From positions 13,729 through 77,728 of the IMG/VR virus record IMGVR_UViG_3300037068_000078: a stretch of DNA of 64,000 nucleotides. One strand, 5' to 3'. The position numbers were made by a program, and so were the translations under genes. The stretch is from a virus. Below, in pieces: positions 9,985-19,535 of the stretch (positions are counted from its first letter, which is position 1; each line of letters starts with the position of its first letter). The notes beneath the pieces are model-generated. The model was not told where the DNA came from, searched no databases, and saw only the letters and a list, made by a program, of their open reading frames with translations.

Positions 9985-10686
9985 ATGCCTTCTGCAAATG
10001 ATAACATCAGCCTCAAGGACGGCGGCGACAATCCGTTCAAGATGCGCGCGATCGACGTCTCGCTTCTCGGAGACGGAACGGTTCAGCTCATTCGGCACTA
10101 CTCGACGCTGTACCCTGCTGACTATGGTGTGGGCGGTAGCTATCACACGACCGTCAAGAGTGGGGCAATGGCCGTGGGATTGGGTGCAACTGCTCCGATA
10201 CTTGCATTCCGAAATCCATCCGCGAATTTGCTTGCTGTCCTGCGGCGCATCAAGTTTGAGGCGTGGTCCACGGGCACAGGTTTTGCGGCTGGTCTGGCGT
10301 CCATCGACATGTCCATCGCTCGTAGTTTCTCGGTGCAAGACACGGGTGGCGCGGCTGTCTCGCTGACATCACCTCAGGCCAAGTTGCGCGCGGCAATGTC
10401 TGCTTCATCATCACTCATTCAGGTGGCGACTACCGGGGCGCTCACAGCTGGTACGCGCACCAAGGACACCAACCCTATCGAGGCATTACGCATCGCGGTG
10501 GGGACGGCCACGAACACGCCGTTCATTCCATTCGGTACGGAGCTCTACAAGAAACAGGGCAGTGATCATCCAGTGGTACTGGCACTGAACGAGGGCTTCG
10601 TTCTCGAGGCGACAGTTCCCGGAACGGGAACGTGGGCATGGGCCTCGACTCTCGAGTGGGATGAGCTCCCGATCAGCAGCTTCTAA
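9985..10686 (+). CDS. Hypothetical virion protein
   Basis: Ala/Gly/Thr-rich ORF inside the tail operon. Confidence 0.6.
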   Translation: MPSANDNISLKDGGDNPFKMRAIDVSLLGDGTVQLIRHYSTLYPADYGVGGSYHTTVKSGAMAVGLGATAPILAFRNPSANLLAVLRRIKFEAWSTGTGFAAGLASIDMSIARSFSVQDTGGAAVSLTSPQAKLRAAMSASSSLIQVATTGALTAGTRTKDTNPIEALRIAVGTATNTPFIPFGTELYKKQGSDHPVVLALNEGFVLEATVPGTGTWAWASTLEWDELPISSF

Positions 10687-10701
10687 GGGGGAGCCATTTA
10701 A

Positions 10702-11568
10702 ATGGACTACGCAGTACCATACGCCAACCCCGCACCGAACGGGACTTCGTACGTTGACGGCGATCCGATACACGGCATCGCGCCGAGCATTATCCCTGCT
10801 GCAGCCGTCGAGTACCCTCAGCGCGAGATCGTCAACACCATTCTTAAGAACCAGATCTCGCCGAGCAACGGCGACCTCACGCAGCTGGCTCGTGCTCTGC
10901 AGGCAGATATCGTCAACTGGGCGGTTGACAGTGGCACCGCAAACCATATTATCATCAATCTAGATCCTGCTCCGCCCACACTATTCGCGGGGCTCAAGGC
11001 GTGGATCCTCGTCAAGGTCACCAACACTGGTACGACTGACGTCACGTGTAACGGCATCGTCAAGCCACTGCTGACGCAGGGTCTCGCAAACCTTGCCTCT
11101 GGCGTCATCGTCACGAATGGCATCGCCATTATCGTCTACGATGGCACGCAGTGGCAGCTGATGCTCGGTACTGCGGCCACAAGCGGCCCCGCTGGTCCAA
11201 CGGGCGCGACTGGTGCGGCAGGTGCACCGGGTGCGCAGGGTGCTACGGGTCCGGCTGGTTCGACGGGTGCGCAGGGTCCTGCCGGTCCACAGGGACCTCC
11301 AGGCTCACCAGCGAGCTTGATCCCTGGTCCATATAACGTCGGCGCGTACAGCTTCGCGTTCAACGCGCACTCCAACGACGTGTTCGTGGCAGCTGGCTCC
11401 GGTGGTACGGGCGTCGCGGGTCCAGTCACCATTGCACGGCAAGACTTCGTCCTTCAACCTTATATCGGCGGGACGTGGCGCAACTACGGTGTCGCGTTCA
11501 TGAGCGGTGGTATCGGTTGGTCAGAGAGTGGAACACAGGACATCTCGATCGTGCAGAGGATTGGGTGA
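10702..11568 (+). CDS. Tail fibre protein with collagen-like segment
   Basis: N-terminal Q.EI.N.I...I.P...DL.QL..A fibre motif; Gly-X-Y repeats near 11185-11310. Confidence 0.85.
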   Translation: MDYAVPYANPAPNGTSYVDGDPIHGIAPSIIPAAAVEYPQREIVNTILKNQISPSNGDLTQLARALQADIVNWAVDSGTANHIIINLDPAPPTLFAGLKAWILVKVTNTGTTDVTCNGIVKPLLTQGLANLASGVIVTNGIAIIVYDGTQWQLMLGTAATSGPAGPTGATGAAGAPGAQGATGPAGSTGAQGPAGPQGPPGSPASLIPGPYNVGAYSFAFNAHSNDVFVAAGSGGTGVAGPVTIARQDFVLQPYIGGTWRNYGVAFMSGGIGWSESGTQDISIVQRIG

Positions 11569-11966
11569 TGGGGGACTTCAAGCGAACTATCGTCGGGGCA
11601 ATGTGTCCGCACAGATACGAGGACAGCTTCACCGAGATATGGCTCAAGGTCTGGTTTGAAGAATTAGACTTTGCGGTGCCGTTCTTGGCGACCGTCTTCG
11701 ACTGCGAGGGACACGGGCGCGAGCTCTGGTTCCGGGCCATGAAGGGTGAGTATGGTGAGATCGAGGTCATCGGTCCCACGTGCCCACTCCCCAAGCCAGT
11801 GCCGAGACAATACATCACGATGGCAGTTGCCGACTCACCCGTGATCATCTCGGATGGACCTCGTCCTCTTCCCGCGCCGAGGGCACGGCTCGCCATAACA
11901 ATGCAGGTCATCGACTCGCCCATGATAATCTCAGATGAACCAAAACTGCTGGAGTATCATCCGTGA
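11568..11966 (+). CDS. Tail fibre assembly chaperone-like protein
   Basis: PF.A...D.E.HGREL...A..GEYG.I motif; start overlaps fibre stop. Confidence 0.65.
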   Translation: MGDFKRTIVGAMCPHRYEDSFTEIWLKVWFEELDFAVPFLATVFDCEGHGRELWFRAMKGEYGEIEVIGPTCPLPKPVPRQYITMAVADSPVIISDGPRPLPAPRARLAITMQVIDSPMIISDEPKLLEYHP

Positions 11967-12319
11967 GCGTCGAGGTTGATATCACCACGTACAGCGACGC
12001 GGACTTCAATCTCGCGCAGACGCTGCTCACTGCGATGCCAACTGACACCACGTCCAAGTTGCACATGCAGTCGAGACAGTCCGCCACCGACGCCAATGTC
12101 TATCTCAACCTGACGTCGGACGCCGGTCAACTTACCATCGTGGATACTACACACGTCACCATCTCGGTGCCGCAGTCTATGCTCCAGTTCCTGCCGCCTG
12201 GAGTCTACACCTACTCGCTGATATGCACGAGTAACGGTGGGGCGGTGCGCACCGAGGTGTTCAGGGGCGTACACACGCACAACGCCGGTCCCACGCAGTT
12301 CAACGCGAACACGGCGTAA
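11963..12319 (+). CDS. Hypothetical virion protein (BppU N-terminal-like)
   Basis: Beta-rich, LPPG.Y.Y.L motif also seen at the C-terminus of 13139-16060. Confidence 0.5.
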   Translation: MSVEVDITTYSDADFNLAQTLLTAMPTDTTSKLHMQSRQSATDANVYLNLTSDAGQLTIVDTTHVTISVPQSMLQFLPPGVYTYSLICTSNGGAVRTEVFRGVHTHNAGPTQFNANTA

Positions 12320-12349
12320 GTACCCAAAACAAAACAGAGGAGAATAGTC

Positions 12350-12520
12350 ATGGGTCTACAAGTAAAGGGCAACGTGAAGAGCGCGACTCTTGAGATGACC
12401 ATCATTCGCAGGGGTGGGACACGTGAGCCGCTTGGAGTCGTGGGGTATCAGAGCTCCAACAAGTTCAAGCACTACATCGTCAACAAGTGGATCAAGTTCA
12501 AAGAAAGAAGGAGAATCTAA
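12350..12520 (+). CDS. Small hypothetical protein (56 aa)
   Basis: GAGGAG RBS then ATG GGT CTA to TAA; below the ORF-track size cutoff. Confidence 0.6.
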   Translation: MGLQVKGNVKSATLEMTIIRRGGTREPLGVVGYQSSNKFKHYIVNKWIKFKERRRI

Positions 12521-12523
12521 AAC

Positions 12524-12901
12524 ATGGTTGCGCAAACTCAAAACGGCGGCTTGGCCCGCGTCACCGCCGCACTTGCTGCTCTCTCGTGGTGGTTCCAGTG
12601 GGGCACTGGCTCTGCCGCCGCAAAGACGGCGAACGCCGTAACGACCACGTCCACGACCGAGGCACGCGTGGCGTGTACCGCCGCTCAGGCCACGGTCTCG
12701 GTCACCAGCGACACGCTTCAGCTGACGGGCACAGTCACCGCAGCTGGTGCACGCACGATCACAGAAGTCGGCGCGTTCGATGCCGTGGGCTCAGGCAGCC
12801 CCCCGACCGGGGGGAACATGGACTATTACTGCGACTTTAGCTCTGTCTCCTTGGCGAGCGGCGACAGCATCGCCTTCACGCTCAAGGTGCAGTACACCTA
12901 A
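12524..12901 (+). CDS. Hypothetical virion structural protein
   Basis: WGTG, ITE.G.FDA...G.M, L.SGDSI.FT pattern typical of fibre/baseplate domains. Confidence 0.6.
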   Translation: MVAQTQNGGLARVTAALAALSWWFQWGTGSAAAKTANAVTTTSTTEARVACTAAQATVSVTSDTLQLTGTVTAAGARTITEVGAFDAVGSGSPPTGGNMDYYCDFSSVSLASGDSIAFTLKVQYT

Positions 12902-12910
12902 GAGGAATGG

Positions 12911-13132
12911 ATGGCAAACATTCAGATGACAATCAAAGCGCTCGGTGTTGCATACACCGGGCGCAGCTGGGACGACGTCGCTGATGAGGTCGGCGATAAG
13001 ATATTGACAGCGGGCCACGTGTACCGCTGGTTGGAGCCGGGCACTGACGTTCATCTCGGAGAATTTCGGCACGATCGCATCAGCGTTCTAGTCGACAAGG
13101 ACCACATCATCACCGGCTACTCGGTAGGATAA
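12911..13132 (+). CDS. Peptidase inhibitor I78 / potato inhibitor I-like protein
   Basis: RWLEPG.......FRHDRISVLVD....IT....G resembles the family pattern R...PG...T.D.R.DR..V.VD....I.....G. Confidence 0.55.
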   Translation: MANIQMTIKALGVAYTGRSWDDVADEVGDKILTAGHVYRWLEPGTDVHLGEFRHDRISVLVDKDHIITGYSVG

Positions 13133-13138
13133 TACTCA

Positions 13139-16060
13139 GTGACGACATTCGTAGACAGCGCGAAGGGCTCAACGACGATCACAGCGCCGACGCACGCCGT
13201 CGGTGACTTGATCCTCGTCTGTGCGACCCGCAATGCCAGTGCTACTGCACCGGGTCTCGCGACTGGTTATACGAATATTGGAACGACGACTGGCAACACG
13301 AACGCGATGCGTGTTGCCTACAGGATCGCGACGACGACGAGCGACTCTGGTGGTACGTGGTCCAACGCCACTGAACTCGTTCTACAGATCTACCGACCGA
13401 CAAGTGGCAATCAGGCGGCCATCGGCGCGAATGCTGGTCTCTCTGGTTCCTCGACGACGCTGACGTACAGTGCACTCACGCTGCAGGATACTTCAGGCGC
13501 TTCCTGGGTCGCCGCTTTCGGTCAGTCAAAGACATCCGGTGTTGGTCTCTCCTCGATGCCCTCTGGTCTCACGCAGAGACAGGATGAGGTGGGCACTGGC
13601 GAGCTAGTTGGTGGTGATACCAATGGTGGCGTGAGCAGCTGGTCTGCACACACGGACACGATCACGACTTCCGTGTGGAAGGCGTTTGCCATTGAGATCA
13701 AGGATGTTACTCCACCGGGGGGTGATGCGTGGAGCAACGTGCCGTGCTTCGGCGGGTTCACGTTCACGAACAGCTTCAAGACCGCGACCGGTCTCAATAA
13801 CAACGACGCTTGCGTCTCGGTCACTAACCATACCTCGGGAAAGCAATACTTCGAGACCACGGCGATTGGTGGCGTGCACGACGGTGGTGACCACTTCGGC
13901 CTGCGAGACGACATCGGCGCTTCAGCTAACCACTGCAACTGGACGTCGGACGGCACAGTCGATGACAGCTTCGGAGGCGTGCTTGGCACCATCCAAGTGT
14001 GGAACAGCGGCGATACGCTCGGCTTCGCCATTGACATCGACCATAGTCTTATCTGGTTCAAGAACATCACCCAGTCCAGCAACTGGAACAACTCAGGCAC
14101 GGCCAATCCAGCGACGGGCGTCGGTGGGTTCACGTTCTCGATTAACGTGAGCGCGGGTGGCTGGATCGTCTTCTGGTCCACGAACGATAACGGAGCAACG
14201 CTCAACACTGGCACCAGCACGTTCGCTGGTTCCGTTCCCAGCGGCTTCTCTGCATGGTTCAGTGGTAGCGGTCCCGTCACCAATCCAGTGAGTCTCTCCA
14301 TCACTGCATCTGCTACTGTATCAGCAATCAAGAGCGCGGCGCGGAAGCTCGCCGTTACTTCGGCCTCCACAATATCAAACTTGAAAAGCGTGGGGAAACC
14401 ACTAGCCTTCTCGTCTGCGAGTGCGGTCAGCTCCACCTTGATGAAGCTGAAGAACGTGCTCGTCTCGTTCACCAGTGGATCGACACTGACGCTGGTCAAT
14501 CAAACTGGCAAGAATATCATCGTGCCAGCTGGGTCTATCCTTAGCCAACAGAAAGTAGTGGGCAAGGTCTTGGCCGTGTCTGCTAGCAGCGTACTCACAC
14601 TGCTGAAGCAGATGAGCAGAGCATTCAGCTTTGTCTCCACGAGCGCGATCTCGGTGTTGAAGCTATGGCCCAAGACGCTATCGTTTTCCTCTTCTTCGCT
14701 CGTCACCAGGGCGAACAGCGTCAGCAAGCTGCTGCAGGTGGCCGCACCCGGTGCTGTCTCACTAGTGAAGCAGATCAGCAAGCCGCTTGCGATCACTTCT
14801 GCCAGCATCGCGTCTATCATTGCCATCAAGGCAAGGAGTGTTCTGCTCGCCATCACTAGTTCCTCGACTGTCACAGTCTCAAAGAACGTGGTGAAGCAGC
14901 TATCCATCGCATCTGCGGGTATTGTTGCAGTCGTGCGCGCGGTGACGAAGACGCTCTCTTTCAATGCGACGTCTGCTGTCTCAGTGCTGCGGCAGTTGGG
15001 CAAGATACTGCCGATCCTCTCAGCCAGCATTGTCTCAGTGCTCGCCATCAAGGCTCGGTCAGTTGTGCTCGCCATCACTGCCGCCTCGACTGTCAGTGTT
15101 ACGAAGAGTGTGGCGAAACCGCTCGCCATTGTATCTGCGAGCGTCGTCGCAGTCGTGCGAAGCTTCGGCAAGGTGCTCCTCGCCACGTCTTCAGCTATTA
15201 GCCTAGTGCTGCTGAAGCAGGTCAGCAAGTCGTTCTCGGTCACGGGAGCTAGCACGGTCTCGATCATAGCGATCAAGGCCAAGACAGTTTTCCTGGCGAT
15301 CACCAGTGCATCATCCATCACCTTGTCGAAGGCCATAACCAAGCCGCTCCTCATCGGTGTGCTCAGTGCTACGACTCTGTTGAAGCAAGTCAATAAGCCA
15401 CTGTCTTTCACCTCTGCCAGCGTGGTCAGCGCCACGGCGGGGCGGCTATTCATTCGCGTGCTCAACGTGGTGAGCGCATCGGCTGTCAGCGTGAAGCGTG
15501 GGTACACAAAGACACTGCAGGTTGTTTCTGGCTCAAGTCTGAGCATGTCGAGGGCCATCAGCAAGATCCTGCAGATAGAGTCTATCAGCAGACTCATAAT
15601 CAGCATAGCGTCCTCGGTCAGGTCGTCGGCTGGCGCACCTCGCCGCGTACTGGGCAGGATCACTCGCTACTTCGTGACGGGCAGTCTGGAAATCCAACGC
15701 ATAACTGGAAGCATCAACATGGACCAACACGAACCGCTGGACTTCCTCTGCAACACGGACTGGCAGCTGGGCGGGCCACTTACCGATGGGCTCGGCAACG
15801 TGCTGAGCCTTGCCGGTGCCACGCTCACGTGGAAGCTGGACAGTCTCGATGGGGGTACCAACTTCATCACGCTCACGGGTAGCCCGGCCATAGCTATCAC
15901 CGACAATGCAACGTCGACCGTGCTGGTGGACGTGCCGACAGCTGAGACTGGGCCACTGCCTCCCGGTACATATCGCGACTATCTCTATGTCACCACGTCC
16001 GGCGGAGCCTTCCTGCCACTGTGGTCAGGGCTCATTCGAGCGAAAGCAGCACCAGCGTAA
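13139..16060 (+). CDS. Large tail-associated/receptor-binding protein (SPRY/ConA-like domain plus 18-aa repeat stalk)
   Basis: 973 aa; SGK.YFE and GDTLGFAID.D...IWF (SPRY-like); long Ser/Val/Lys repeat region. Confidence 0.7.
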   Translation: MTTFVDSAKGSTTITAPTHAVGDLILVCATRNASATAPGLATGYTNIGTTTGNTNAMRVAYRIATTTSDSGGTWSNATELVLQIYRPTSGNQAAIGANAGLSGSSTTLTYSALTLQDTSGASWVAAFGQSKTSGVGLSSMPSGLTQRQDEVGTGELVGGDTNGGVSSWSAHTDTITTSVWKAFAIEIKDVTPPGGDAWSNVPCFGGFTFTNSFKTATGLNNNDACVSVTNHTSGKQYFETTAIGGVHDGGDHFGLRDDIGASANHCNWTSDGTVDDSFGGVLGTIQVWNSGDTLGFAIDIDHSLIWFKNITQSSNWNNSGTANPATGVGGFTFSINVSAGGWIVFWSTNDNGATLNTGTSTFAGSVPSGFSAWFSGSGPVTNPVSLSITASATVSAIKSAARKLAVTSASTISNLKSVGKPLAFSSASAVSSTLMKLKNVLVSFTSGSTLTLVNQTGKNIIVPAGSILSQQKVVGKVLAVSASSVLTLLKQMSRAFSFVSTSAISVLKLWPKTLSFSSSSLVTRANSVSKLLQVAAPGAVSLVKQISKPLAITSASIASIIAIKARSVLLAITSSSTVTVSKNVVKQLSIASAGIVAVVRAVTKTLSFNATSAVSVLRQLGKILPILSASIVSVLAIKARSVVLAITAASTVSVTKSVAKPLAIVSASVVAVVRSFGKVLLATSSAISLVLLKQVSKSFSVTGASTVSIIAIKAKTVFLAITSASSITLSKAITKPLLIGVLSATTLLKQVNKPLSFTSASVVSATAGRLFIRVLNVVSASAVSVKRGYTKTLQVVSGSSLSMSRAISKILQIESISRLIISIASSVRSSAGAPRRVLGRITRYFVTGSLEIQRITGSINMDQHEPLDFLCNTDWQLGGPLTDGLGNVLSLAGATLTWKLDSLDGGTNFITLTGSPAIAITDNATSTVLVDVPTAETGPLPPGTYRDYLYVTTSGGAFLPLWSGLIRAKAAPA

Positions 16061-16124
16061 TTTGTCCCCTCCGGGCAGATGGCGACTCGGGCTGCTTTTC
16101 CTCTCAGTCCGTGCGTCCAAACTT

Positions 16125-16154
16125 GGTGGGGGCTTCGGCCCCCATCCTTTCTTT
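16125..16154 (+). terminator. Probable intrinsic terminator/hairpin
   Basis: TGGGGGC-TTCG-GCCCCCA followed by TCCTTTCTTT. Confidence 0.6.
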
Positions 16155-16168
16155 AACAGGAGAAGCAA

Positions 16169-17044
16169 ATGCGGAGTTCACAGGAGGCGGTTGACTACTG
16201 CGTCCGACAGGAGGTCACTTCTCCTGCGTACTACACCAAGCACTATCAAAATCCAGAGTGGCCGGGCGCGAGCAGCGGCATCACCGTGGCGTGTGGCTAC
16301 GACCTTGGCTACGCCTCGCCGGAGAAGATCCGCCGCGACTGGTCAGGTCTTGTCAGCGCCGAGATGCTCGACGTCATGCTGCACTGCTCGGGCGTCAAGG
16401 GGCAGGAGGCGAAGGCGCTGCTGCCGCAGGTGCGCAGCAAGATCTCCATTCCGTGGGCAGCTGCCGTGCAGGTGTTCATGGACAGCGACTGGCCCCAGTG
16501 GGAGTCCACGGTGGCGCACGCGATACCCAACACCGAGCGGCTCACTCCCACGTGCTACGGCGTGCTGACAGCGACCGCATACAATCGCGGCGCGGCTGGC
16601 TTCAACTCCAATGCTGCGCGCTTCACCGAGATGCACAACATTCGCAACGAGGTGGACCAGGGCGATCTTCCACCCGTGGCGGGGCAGTTCCTCAGCATGC
16701 GTCGGCTGTGGCCCACGCTCAAGGGCCTGCAGGACAGGTACACCGAGGCGGCCTCGCTCTGGAACAAGGGGCTAACGCAGCCCACTCCGATCGTGGTGGC
16801 TCCCCCCGTTCCTCACGACGGTGAGCACCCGCTCAATGCAGGACCTGCGCGTACCAAGCCACCTGCAACTACCAACGCGCAGAACGGCGCAACGACGGCC
16901 GTCGTCGTGGCAACCGGGGGGATGGCGAAGAAGGCTGCAGAGAGCGGAATGCCGCTGTGGCAGGTAGCGTTGATGGTCGTGGCAGGGCTCGTGGTGGCCG
17001 GGACCATCTGGTATGCGTGGTACAGAAACCGTAACCCGAAATAG
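16169..17044 (+). CDS. Endolysin (lysozyme/pesticin-like) with C-terminal transmembrane helix
   Basis: EV.S..YY....P.WPG.SSG.T...GYDLG, YNRG, M.RLW....GL..R..EA; hydrophobic C-terminus. Confidence 0.85.
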   Translation: MRSSQEAVDYCVRQEVTSPAYYTKHYQNPEWPGASSGITVACGYDLGYASPEKIRRDWSGLVSAEMLDVMLHCSGVKGQEAKALLPQVRSKISIPWAAAVQVFMDSDWPQWESTVAHAIPNTERLTPTCYGVLTATAYNRGAAGFNSNAARFTEMHNIRNEVDQGDLPPVAGQFLSMRRLWPTLKGLQDRYTEAASLWNKGLTQPTPIVVAPPVPHDGEHPLNAGPARTKPPATTNAQNGATTAVVVATGGMAKKAAESGMPLWQVALMVVAGLVVAGTIWYAWYRNRNPK

Positions 17045-17059
17045 AGGACTCAGCATCAC

Positions 17060-17431
17060 ATGATGGTCTTATTCTTTTGGCTGCTCAATGCAGCCACCGT
17101 TATCGTTGTCTATCTCTACTGGATCCGCCCACTGTTGTTGAAGAACGCCAAGTTCTCGGCGCTGGTCAACAGCTGGGAGGGCTCTTACTTCTCGGCATTC
17201 AGCGCCAAGTTCGCTGGCATCAAGCAGAAGCTCACCGCTGCGCTCGTGTATTTAGCGGGCATGGTTGTCATGATGCACGACTGGATCGCGCCGTACGTCA
17301 CCGGCGTCGACGTGACACCGATCATCGGTGAGATCCAGGCGAAGATGCCCTCGTGGGGTTGGCCGGTGCTTCTTGTGGCGATCACCGCGCTGCTCGACTA
17401 CTTCCGCAGTCTAGCGGACAAGCGAGCGTAA
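17060..17431 (+). CDS. Membrane protein, putative holin/antiholin
   Basis: Three hydrophobic segments, follows endolysin. Confidence 0.55.
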   Translation: MMVLFFWLLNAATVIVVYLYWIRPLLLKNAKFSALVNSWEGSYFSAFSAKFAGIKQKLTAALVYLAGMVVMMHDWIAPYVTGVDVTPIIGEIQAKMPSWGWPVLLVAITALLDYFRSLADKRA

Positions 17432-17432
17432 T

Positions 17433-17822
17433 ATGTGGGAAGCGATCATCGGCTTTCTGGGAGGCCCTGTCGTCAAGGGTCTCCTCGCTGCGTACAACGC
17501 CAAGTTGAAGGCGGCGACCGACGACAAGACGATTGCCAGCGGCCTAGCCGCTGATCAGATCGCGGCAGAGACTGCCTCGGGCGAGATGGCGATGAAGCTC
17601 AAGGTGGCACAGATCGGCCATCCATTCGAGCCCGAGAAGCTGGCGTTCTACGTCGTGCTGATCTACTTCGCCAAGTGTCTTTTGTGGGACAAGGTGCTGG
17701 GGCTTGGCAGCACGGACCCGGTTACGGGAGCCGTCGGCGTGTGGGCAAATCTGGTCATGTCCTTCTACTTCGGCAAGCGCACGATTGAGAACGTAACCAC
17801 CATCGTCAAAGCGTTCAGGTAG
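17433..17822 (+). CDS. Putative holin (3TM-like)
   Basis: Hydrophobic segments and C-terminal FYFGKRT.E motif. Confidence 0.6.
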   Translation: MWEAIIGFLGGPVVKGLLAAYNAKLKAATDDKTIASGLAADQIAAETASGEMAMKLKVAQIGHPFEPEKLAFYVVLIYFAKCLLWDKVLGLGSTDPVTGAVGVWANLVMSFYFGKRTIENVTTIVKAFR

Positions 17823-17880
17823 ATTTTTCCGGGGCCTCACTCACGTGGTACAATTGAACAAACACACAGGGGAATGAAAG

Positions 17881-18549
17881 ATGAAGCCAAGAGTTATCGT
17901 CGTCGGCGCTGATAAGGGTGGCGTTGGCAAGACTACCGTCTCGCGCGTCATGCTCGACTACTTCACGAACGCGCACCTGCAGCCGCGCGCCTTCGACACG
18001 GAGAAGAAGGAAACGGGCGTGCTCAAGCGCTTTCATCCAAGCATCACGGAGATCGTTGACTTCTCCAAGGTCGATGGGCAGATGCGCGTGTTGGACTCGC
18101 TCAAGACGTCACCGCTCACGCTCATCGACTGTAGGGCCAACTTGCTGTTGGACTCGTTGGATACGCTCGCCAACATCGGCTTCCTCGACAAGGTGAAGAA
18201 TGGTGAGATCACCATCCAGACATTCCACGTGCTGGATGGATCCGTGGCCGCGCTCGACGAGGTGGCGGACGCCGCAAAGATCCTCAATAACGAGGGCTAC
18301 TACGTTGTGCGCAACCACATCAATGACCGTGCCTTCTTCAGCTGGAGCGAGACGCGCTCCAAGATTGCTGGCACCGTGGTTGACGTGCCCAAGCTCGATG
18401 AGCGCGCCAGCGAGGCGGTGGACGACATGGGCGTCTCGTTCGAGGAGTTCATTTCCAAGACGGATAGCGACGTGCTGCGCGGCTACGTGAAGCACTGGAA
18501 GCAGAAGGTCTACGCCGTGTTCGACGGCATCGGTCTCAGTAAACAGTAG
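17881..18549 (+). CDS. ParA/MinD/CobQ-family ATPase
   Basis: Deviant Walker A GADKGGVGKTT, AFDTE, TLID. Confidence 0.8.
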   Translation: MKPRVIVVGADKGGVGKTTVSRVMLDYFTNAHLQPRAFDTEKKETGVLKRFHPSITEIVDFSKVDGQMRVLDSLKTSPLTLIDCRANLLLDSLDTLANIGFLDKVKNGEITIQTFHVLDGSVAALDEVADAAKILNNEGYYVVRNHINDRAFFSWSETRSKIAGTVVDVPKLDERASEAVDDMGVSFEEFISKTDSDVLRGYVKHWKQKVYAVFDGIGLSKQ

Positions 18550-18559
18550 GGAGGAACGC

Positions 18560-19108
18560 ATGCCACCACTCATTCGGGATATGGCTCGAGAGCTCGACGT
18601 GGAGGCCCAAGAGATCATGGTGCTATTCAGCACCATGGTGAGAGAGTTCCAGGGTGTGAAACACCTGTTGGAACGTGTAGAGGCCAATCAGGCCGCAATG
18701 ATGGAGAAGATTAACATGGTTGATGCGAACGTTCAGAAAGTCGTCGACGACGCAAATGCAATCAAGGCACAGATGGATACGGTCGTGGCGAAGCTTGGTG
18801 CCAATGCTGCCACCATCGCTGACTTGCAAGCGAAGCTCGACGCTGCCAACGCGACGATCGCGGCTGGTGGCACCATCTCGGCGGACGACGTTGCTGCCCT
18901 GCAGGGCGTAGCGGCGACGCTGGAGGCGGGTACGTCCGAGGCGCAAGCTGCTGCGGCACCCGCTGCGGCGGCGGCCCCTGGGGTCGCTGCGGCTGCTGCG
19001 GTCGGCGCTGCTGCCGATCCCACTGCCACGGCTGCGGCTGCGGCGGCGGCTACGACCGACGCGTCGGCTGGCGCGGCTGGTGGCGCTGCACCCACCAGCG
19101 GCAGCTGA
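18560..19108 (+). CDS. Coiled-coil, Ala-rich hypothetical protein
   Basis: GGAGG RBS; heptad-like region and Ala-rich tail. Confidence 0.6.
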   Translation: MPPLIRDMARELDVEAQEIMVLFSTMVREFQGVKHLLERVEANQAAMMEKINMVDANVQKVVDDANAIKAQMDTVVAKLGANAATIADLQAKLDAANATIAAGGTISADDVAALQGVAATLEAGTSEAQAAAAPAAAAAPGVAAAAAVGAAADPTATAAAAAAATTDASAGAAGGAAPTSGS

Positions 19109-19165
19109 CCTCCTGGGGTCGCGCTGCGATCCCTAGGGCGAAGGTTGTGGGGGTAAGATAGTATG

Positions 19166-19193
19166 GCCGGGGCGAGAGCCCCGGCTTTTTATT
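19166..19193 (+). terminator. Intrinsic terminator ending the late operon
   Basis: GCCGGGGC-GAGA-GCCCCGGC then TTTTTATT at a convergent gene junction. Confidence 0.85.
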
Positions 19194-19371
19194 GCCTGGA
19201 GGCGAAGCGCCGTACGCAGCTGGGGCAGCTGTGCAGCCACTCTCCTTTTATCTGGTGCGTGCGCCAGCCCTTGCGCTTGGCAACGGCGAGCGCCGTGCGA
19301 AAGTCCTCCTCGTCAGTGTCGAGGTAGTCGGGACACTCGTCGCACTGAAACATGCCGCGATCGAAGCTCAT
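19189..19371 (-). CDS. Small zinc-finger protein
   Basis: CDEC...GW......W.H.CPSC. Confidence 0.65.
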   Translation of the reverse strand: MSFDRGMFQCDECPDYLDTDEEDFRTALAVAKRKGWRTHQIKGEWLHSCPSCVRRFASRQ

Positions 19372-19535
19372 CGTCTGAATGTCCTTAGCTGCACGTCAAT
19401 GAGTGTCTTAAACGCATCGCGCCGTATTTCATCTAGTTCTTTGTTTGGTCCGTACTTGCTGGTGGCGTCATCCATCTCACGGATAACGCGACCAAGCCGG
19501 GTCACTGCCTCCATGAACACACCGTGGGAAATCAT
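19368..19535 (-). CDS. Small hypothetical protein (55 aa)
   Basis: ATGA overlaps with neighbours at both ends. Confidence 0.55.
   Translation of the reverse strand: MISHGVFMEAVTRLGRVIREMDDATSKYGPNKELDEIRRDAFKTLIDVQLRTFRR

Noticed and set aside
13522-15663. Long antisense ORFs (325 and 387 aa), and similar ones opposite the hub and polymerase genes
   Set aside because: Shadow frames of GC-rich or repetitive sense genes with no motifs of their own
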